Of a stretch of DNA of 64,000 nucleotides, positions 59,627 through 64,000 are shown one piece after another. Under the pieces are notes generated by a model. The model was given only the letters and a program-made list of their open reading frames with translations, searched no databases and was not told the origin of the DNA. A program made the translations under genes and the position numbers. Location of the stretch: positions 480,001 through 544,000 of the forward strand of contig CAWBCT010000005.1 in assembly GCA_963787445.1 (NCBI GenBank). The letters run 5' to 3'. The first letter of the stretch is position 1, and each line of letters opens with the position of its first letter. This stretch comes from an uncultured archaeon. Lineage in GTDB: Archaea > Micrarchaeota > Micrarchaeia > Micrarchaeales > CABMGC01.

Positions 59627-61096
59627 TTATGAAGAGAGCATCCTGTTCAGCGCCGGGTAGCTGTCGAACATGTGCTCCTGCTCAAGCTGCTGGTACACCC
59701 CGTACATTATTCCCGCAGTCAGGAGGATTCCCATCCCGTTTCCGATCGCGCCGCTCAGTGTTGCGAACGCCGCAAGCAGACCCACGAAGATGCTGCCAAG
59801 CACCGTAACTGTTGGCAGGTACTTGTCTAGCACGCTCTGGATCATCCTCGGGTCGCGCCTGAAGCCGGGTATCTGCCACCCTACGTCCTGAAGCTGCTCA
59901 GAGACCGCCTTCGAGTTCTGCCCGGTCATCTCGACCCAGAACTTTCCGAAGACGATACAAAGTATGACCAGTATTATAGCATATATTATAAAGTGCACCC
60001 ACTCCGGTATCAAGAGCGGAGCTCCGCCCCAGGGCGGATACAACGGCGAGGTCTGGCTCTCCAGGACATAGATGTAGTTGCTGTAGCCGCCCACCCCATT
60101 GTATTTGGTGGAGTAAGGGAGATAGCCCAGCGGCTGCATGAGGTAGACAACGCCTCCGGTGAGGATCTGGCTGGTGCCGCCGGTTGAGGAGGTCTGGTTG
60201 GTGTAATAGGCGAAGAAGCTCACGATGTTGCCTGCGGCGCCACCGTGCACCGTGGCAAAGATCCTGAGCCAGACGCTGAGGCTTACCGTAAGCGAGGTGG
60301 CCAGGATGACCGGGAGCACGCTCACATACAGGAACGGGATGGGCAGCCGGCCTCCCACGCCCCTGAACTGGCTGAACACGAGGGGAAGCTCAATCTTCAT
60401 GTCAAGCACATAGATGCTGATCAGGAAGACGATCATGGCGAAGAAGAGCGGGCCGAAGTCAAGGATCATCTGCGGAATTGCTGTTGCCCCGCCCGATGCG
60501 AGCGAGGTCAAGGCCTCCGGGATGAGTATGTTGCCTGTTCCCGCGACTATGGCGTAGGCGACCCCGCCGGCTATGAACAGGTTTATTCCAGAGGTGATGC
60601 CGTACTTGGTCATCATCTCGTCAAGGTAGATGATTATTATCGCACTTACCGCAAGCTGGGCTGCGACCACTCCGAAGTACGCGGGGCTTGTGAGGACCAC
60701 GGTGGTCGATGTGAAGATCGTCGCCTCAATGATGGCGATGACTATCGCCGCAAGCTTCTGGATGCTCTGCATCCTGGACTTCTGGGCCGGGTCGTTCATG
60801 TCTATCTTCAGGACGCCCGCCCCCTGGAGCATCTGGAGTATGATGCTCGATAGCACAATCGGCCCGATACCGACAGTCACCAACGTGCCTATGCGTGCCG
60901 CGAAGATAGTGTTTATTACTGCGAACAGCGGGCTGTTGAGCGCCGCAATGTTCACTCCGAACGCCGGAGTGCTGAACATAACGAAATAGACCGCTATGAC
61001 GATTGCCGTCCACTTCAGCTTCTCCCTGAACGTAAGCGGCCCAAGGGGGCTCTTAATGTTCGGTATGAAGTTCAGGATCGTGTCAAGTATCGACAT
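59627..61096 (-). CDS. secY: protein translocase subunit SecY
   Basis: KLKWT, GIGPIV, SGINLFIA, QIPGFR.DP, GILLT. Confidence 0.95.
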   Translation of the reverse strand: MSILDTILNFIPNIKSPLGPLTFREKLKWTAIVIAVYFVMFSTPAFGVNIAALNSPLFAVINTIFAARIGTLVTVGIGPIVLSSIILQMLQGAGVLKIDMNDPAQKSRMQSIQKLAAIVIAIIEATIFTSTTVVLTSPAYFGVVAAQLAVSAIIIIYLDEMMTKYGITSGINLFIAGGVAYAIVAGTGNILIPEALTSLASGGATAIPQMILDFGPLFFAMIVFLISIYVLDMKIELPLVFSQFRGVGGRLPIPFLYVSVLPVILATSLTVSLSVWLRIFATVHGGAAGNIVSFFAYYTNQTSSTGGTSQILTGGVVYLMQPLGYLPYSTKYNGVGGYSNYIYVLESQTSPLYPPWGGAPLLIPEWVHFIIYAIILVILCIVFGKFWVEMTGQNSKAVSEQLQDVGWQIPGFRRDPRMIQSVLDKYLPTVTVLGSIFVGLLAAFATLSGAIGNGMGILLTAGIMYGVYQQLEQEHMFDSYPALNRMLSS

Positions 61097-61108
61097 GAAG
61101 GCTCACTA

Positions 61109-62104
61109 CTATCTTGGTTTCAGGCTGAACGAAACGGCGTATGCACCATTGGCTGTCCGCTTTATCTCCACAGCAGACTTCTCATACTCCCTGCACAGGT
61201 ATCCTGTGAAGGCCGGAAGCGTCAACTCGACGTACGGTGACGTGGAGTTATACAGCGTATATGTTATTGTGACAGACTTTTTAGCCTTTGTGTTTTTTGT
61301 GAAGACCGCTTTGATCCCAAGGAACCTGCCCATGTTCTCCAGCATCTCGGCCTCTTCCTTCCTGTCGGACGCCTCTGGCAGGGCCTTTGCCGCGAGGTAA
61401 AGCAGCGCTGAGATGCCGTTGGCAACCCCTCCGTTCAGCAGGGGATCCAGGGCGAGCATGGTGTAGGGATCCGCATGCGCCTTCTCTTCGCCTGCCAGGG
61501 CCATCATCTCCGCCAGGCCCTTCACCACCGCGTTCACGTTTACCCTGGGCTGCGGCTCCTGCTCAACCGCGGCTCCCGAGACGAAGGCGCACGAGGTGGA
61601 GCCGTCAAGCCGGCACTGAAGCTCGGACGTTGTTATGGAGTTCTTAGTGTAAGCGGAGAAGTAGCCGGCTATGATCCCGCACTCGTAGTGGTGCGCCCTG
61701 CTGCCTAGGTTTGGGTGTTTCCTCTTTGTTGTGGAGTGTATGTGCGATACGTCGGCCGAAGGCGTGTAGAGCACCTCCCCCAGCCCGCTCCTTTCCAAAA
61801 GAGTCAACATGTTTTGAACGCCGCCGTAGCGCATCTGGAGCAGCTTCCCGATGCTAAAGCCGTACCGGTAGGCAAGCCTGTGCATCGACGGGGTTGAGTT
61901 GTAAAGCAGCGTGTGCAGGCCTGTCGCCTCCTGCGTTTTGGGCGACTCTATTGCGTGCTTTAGGAGCAGTTCAACCGCATCAAGCGGCGTGCTGGTCCCG
62001 GATTCTGCCCAGCTCCTTCTTACTGAAGGGATCTTCCGAGTCCTGGGTCTGGACCTCTTCGCCTTTACCACACCCTTTGCAGGCATTGATGCACCAAGTA
62101 TCAT
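61109..62104 (-). CDS. V4R domain-containing protein
   Basis: Y.YG..IG, GLG, HYECGIIAG...E.QC...G.TSC.F. Confidence 0.7.
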   Translation of the reverse strand: MILGASMPAKGVVKAKRSRPRTRKIPSVRRSWAESGTSTPLDAVELLLKHAIESPKTQEATGLHTLLYNSTPSMHRLAYRYGFSIGKLLQMRYGGVQNMLTLLERSGLGEVLYTPSADVSHIHSTTKRKHPNLGSRAHHYECGIIAGYFSAYTKNSITTSELQCRLDGSTSCAFVSGAAVEQEPQPRVNVNAVVKGLAEMMALAGEEKAHADPYTMLALDPLLNGGVANGISALLYLAAKALPEASDRKEEAEMLENMGRFLGIKAVFTKNTKAKKSVTITYTLYNSTSPYVELTLPAFTGYLCREYEKSAVEIKRTANGAYAVSFSLKPR

Positions 62105-62144
62105 AGCGTGTTATGTTTTATAACTGTTTGGTGTTTCTTTCTCG

Positions 62145-63170
62145 TCACTTCTTTAGGGCATAAAGGGTGGTCTCCTGTCTGTTGCTTGGCAGGGTCCTTA
62201 CGCCAACTATCTCGTACTCCTTTCCGAGCAGTTCTTCGGACTTCTTGATTATTTTAGAGAGGGCCCGCGTTATGCACTTGATAGTTATTATTAGGGCCGC
62301 CCCTTTCTTCAGGCAGTCGGAGAACTGCAGGACCGCCTGGATCGCCTCGCCCGCCTCGATGTTCATGTCGCTGGCGATGAGATCCACATCCCTGAGCGTC
62401 GCTGCAACATTCTGAAAATTGGACCGTACGTGAAGTATGTCGTATCTGCCGACAAAGCCCCCAACCTCCGAAGTATTGTCTATGGACTTTACGGTCAGGC
62501 CCATCGCGCTCAGCTTCTCGTAGTTCAGGGCCCCGTTGTCCACCGCCACCACCTTGAAATCCTTCCTGGCCAGGTAGGCGCTCCATCCTCCTGGCGCAGC
62601 GCCAAGATCGATCGCGACCCCGCCGCCTGTTTTTATCCTGAACTCGTCGAACGCCTCGATCAACTTGAGCTCCGCCCTGCTGATCCCCGTGGCAAGCGCC
62701 TGATAATGCCTTACGGGATTCAGGAAAAGCGCCGGGTCGTAGGGGACGAAGCCAACATAGCAGTGCATGTCAACTATTACGAGGTAGGCAAGCACGGCCG
62801 GATCCTCAAGGGTTACCGCATAACCCTCCTTTTCCAGCCTTTTTCCCAGCGCCACCTCTATATCTTTCGCAGAATAGCCCCTTTTGGAGTTCATGTCAAA
62901 GCACTCCAGCCTTATCCTGCCTTCGGGTAGCTTTGCAGCCACTAGAACTCGGTGCAGGTCCTCAAGATAGGTGCCCTCGCTGATCTTATCGTGCGCGTAG
63001 AGCTTCAGCAATCTATAAAGCAGCACCGGATTTTCCCTTTTGAATGCCTTTTCTATGTCCACATCTTCTGCGTCAAGAACAAATGCGTTAACGAACTGGT
63101 GCCGGACAGAGAACTTTCCCAGGACCCTGCCCAGCTCATCCATATCGCTGGTGGGGAAGAAGCTGGACAT
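62145..63170 (-). CDS. THUMP plus FtsJ-like RNA 2'-O-methyltransferase (RlmM-like)
   Basis: ISRAELKL.EA, DLGAAPGGWS, AVD, SDMN, TIK, E.T (K-D-K-E tetrad). Confidence 0.85.
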   Translation of the reverse strand: MSSFFPTSDMDELGRVLGKFSVRHQFVNAFVLDAEDVDIEKAFKRENPVLLYRLLKLYAHDKISEGTYLEDLHRVLVAAKLPEGRIRLECFDMNSKRGYSAKDIEVALGKRLEKEGYAVTLEDPAVLAYLVIVDMHCYVGFVPYDPALFLNPVRHYQALATGISRAELKLIEAFDEFRIKTGGGVAIDLGAAPGGWSAYLARKDFKVVAVDNGALNYEKLSAMGLTVKSIDNTSEVGGFVGRYDILHVRSNFQNVAATLRDVDLIASDMNIEAGEAIQAVLQFSDCLKKGAALIITIKCITRALSKIIKKSEELLGKEYEIVGVRTLPSNRQETTLYALKK

Positions 63171-63192
63171 GTAGGCAAAGTACTCCAGAAAA

Positions 63193-63816
63193 TCACTGAA
63201 GCTCCTTTAGGAGCCCGTCCAGGCTCCTGTATATGTAGTCTGGCTCTGCGGACTCAAGTTTTGAGTAGTGCTCAAGGCCGTCGCCGACCAGGCAGGAGTC
63301 GATCCCGGCGAACTTTGCCGCTATGGCATCCGAGGCGGTGTCGCCAAAGTAGATGCACCTCTCCTTCGGCACGCGGTACTTCGAGATTATTGCCAACAGG
63401 CCCGTCGGATCCGGCTTGTACCTGCCTATGGTGCTCGCGCTCAGGATGAAATCGAAATAGTCAAGGGCCTTTAGAAGGCGCAGTTCGCTTGTAAGTCTGT
63501 AGCTCTTGGAATCGCTGAACAGGGCAATCTTTTTCCCAGAGCCTTTGATCTTTTTAAGAATCTCGGGCGCATCTTTCTTCATGTGCGGGGGCCACACCGC
63601 CACATATGCATCGTAGATGCCTGCCAGAAACCGGCTTTTCGTCTCGCGTATCTCAACGTCGGCCACCTCCCTCCTGTATTTTTCTTCATGCCTCTTCACG
63701 TACTGCGGGTCGTAGCGCCTTTGGAACAGCCTGGAGACCGCAACAATCAGAGTTGAGGTGGTGATCGTGCCATCCCAGTCAAAGATAAAGAGGTCATAGT
63801 CCTTCAGAAGTGACAT
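63193..63816 (-). CDS. HAD family phosphatase
   Basis: FDWDGT, KPDP, GD...D; start reset to ATG 63816. Confidence 0.88.
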   Translation of the reverse strand: MSLLKDYDLFIFDWDGTITTSTLIVAVSRLFQRRYDPQYVKRHEEKYRREVADVEIRETKSRFLAGIYDAYVAVWPPHMKKDAPEILKKIKGSGKKIALFSDSKSYRLTSELRLLKALDYFDFILSASTIGRYKPDPTGLLAIISKYRVPKERCIYFGDTASDAIAAKFAGIDSCLVGDGLEHYSKLESAEPDYIYRSLDGLLKELQ

Positions 63817-63851
63817 AGGGTTAATAATGTTGGCAACAAATAAAAGCATGT

Positions 63852-63907
63852 GTGATGACACAGGTGATCGCTGAGCTCTGTGCAATGACGATTGGTAGGC
63901 GGTCTGA
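63852..63907 (+). ncRNA. box C/D guide sRNA
   Basis: C box GTGATGA 63852-58, 12-nt guide, D' CTGA 63871-74, C' ATGACGA 63885-91, 12-nt guide, D CTGA 63904-07. Confidence 0.8.
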
Positions 63908-63932
63908 AAAGTGTCAATAAAACAGTGAATGA

Positions 63933-64000
63933 ATGCCTGGAGAAAGGATCACCGCACTCGCCCGGCTTAACAAGCCGAACTCCAGCATCAGTGTAAAGAA
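63933..64000 (+). CDS. possible start of a CDS running off the window
   Basis: ATG after GTGA; frame open to the window end (MPGERITALARLNKPNSSISVK). Confidence 0.3.
   Translation, partial: MPGERITALARLNKPNSSISVK

Overview
Gene-dense archaeal chromosome segment, most likely DPANN/Micrarchaeota. This is inferred from the archaeal housekeeping set (Top6A, LonB, Alba, NAC, Rpp21, PsmB-aCPSF1, uL1/uL10/P1, PolB, SecY), GGTGA-type Shine-Dalgarno sites, TATA boxes, and class III signal peptide/LamG surface proteins. It holds about 65 CDS, tRNA-Asn(GTT), tRNA-Arg(TCG) and a probable box C/D sRNA. No CRISPR array, integrase, transposase or reverse transcriptase was seen. The most notable items are: (1) a 411-aa LAGLIDADG intein inserted directly after a putative metal-binding His of endonuclease Q; (2) an in-frame fusion of an HD phosphohydrolase to an AT-rich SET/post-SET methyltransferase domain next to tRNA-Arg; (3) an AbiEi/AbiEii toxin-antitoxin pair between an intact lipA and a diverged duplicate of the lipA 5' end bounded by an 11-bp direct repeat; (4) a 755-bp-period tandem duplication of an ArnE/ArnF-like transporter pair; (5) pilin-like adhesins carrying beta-propeller or LamG modules. 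All calls come from motif recognition by eye; no database searches were run.
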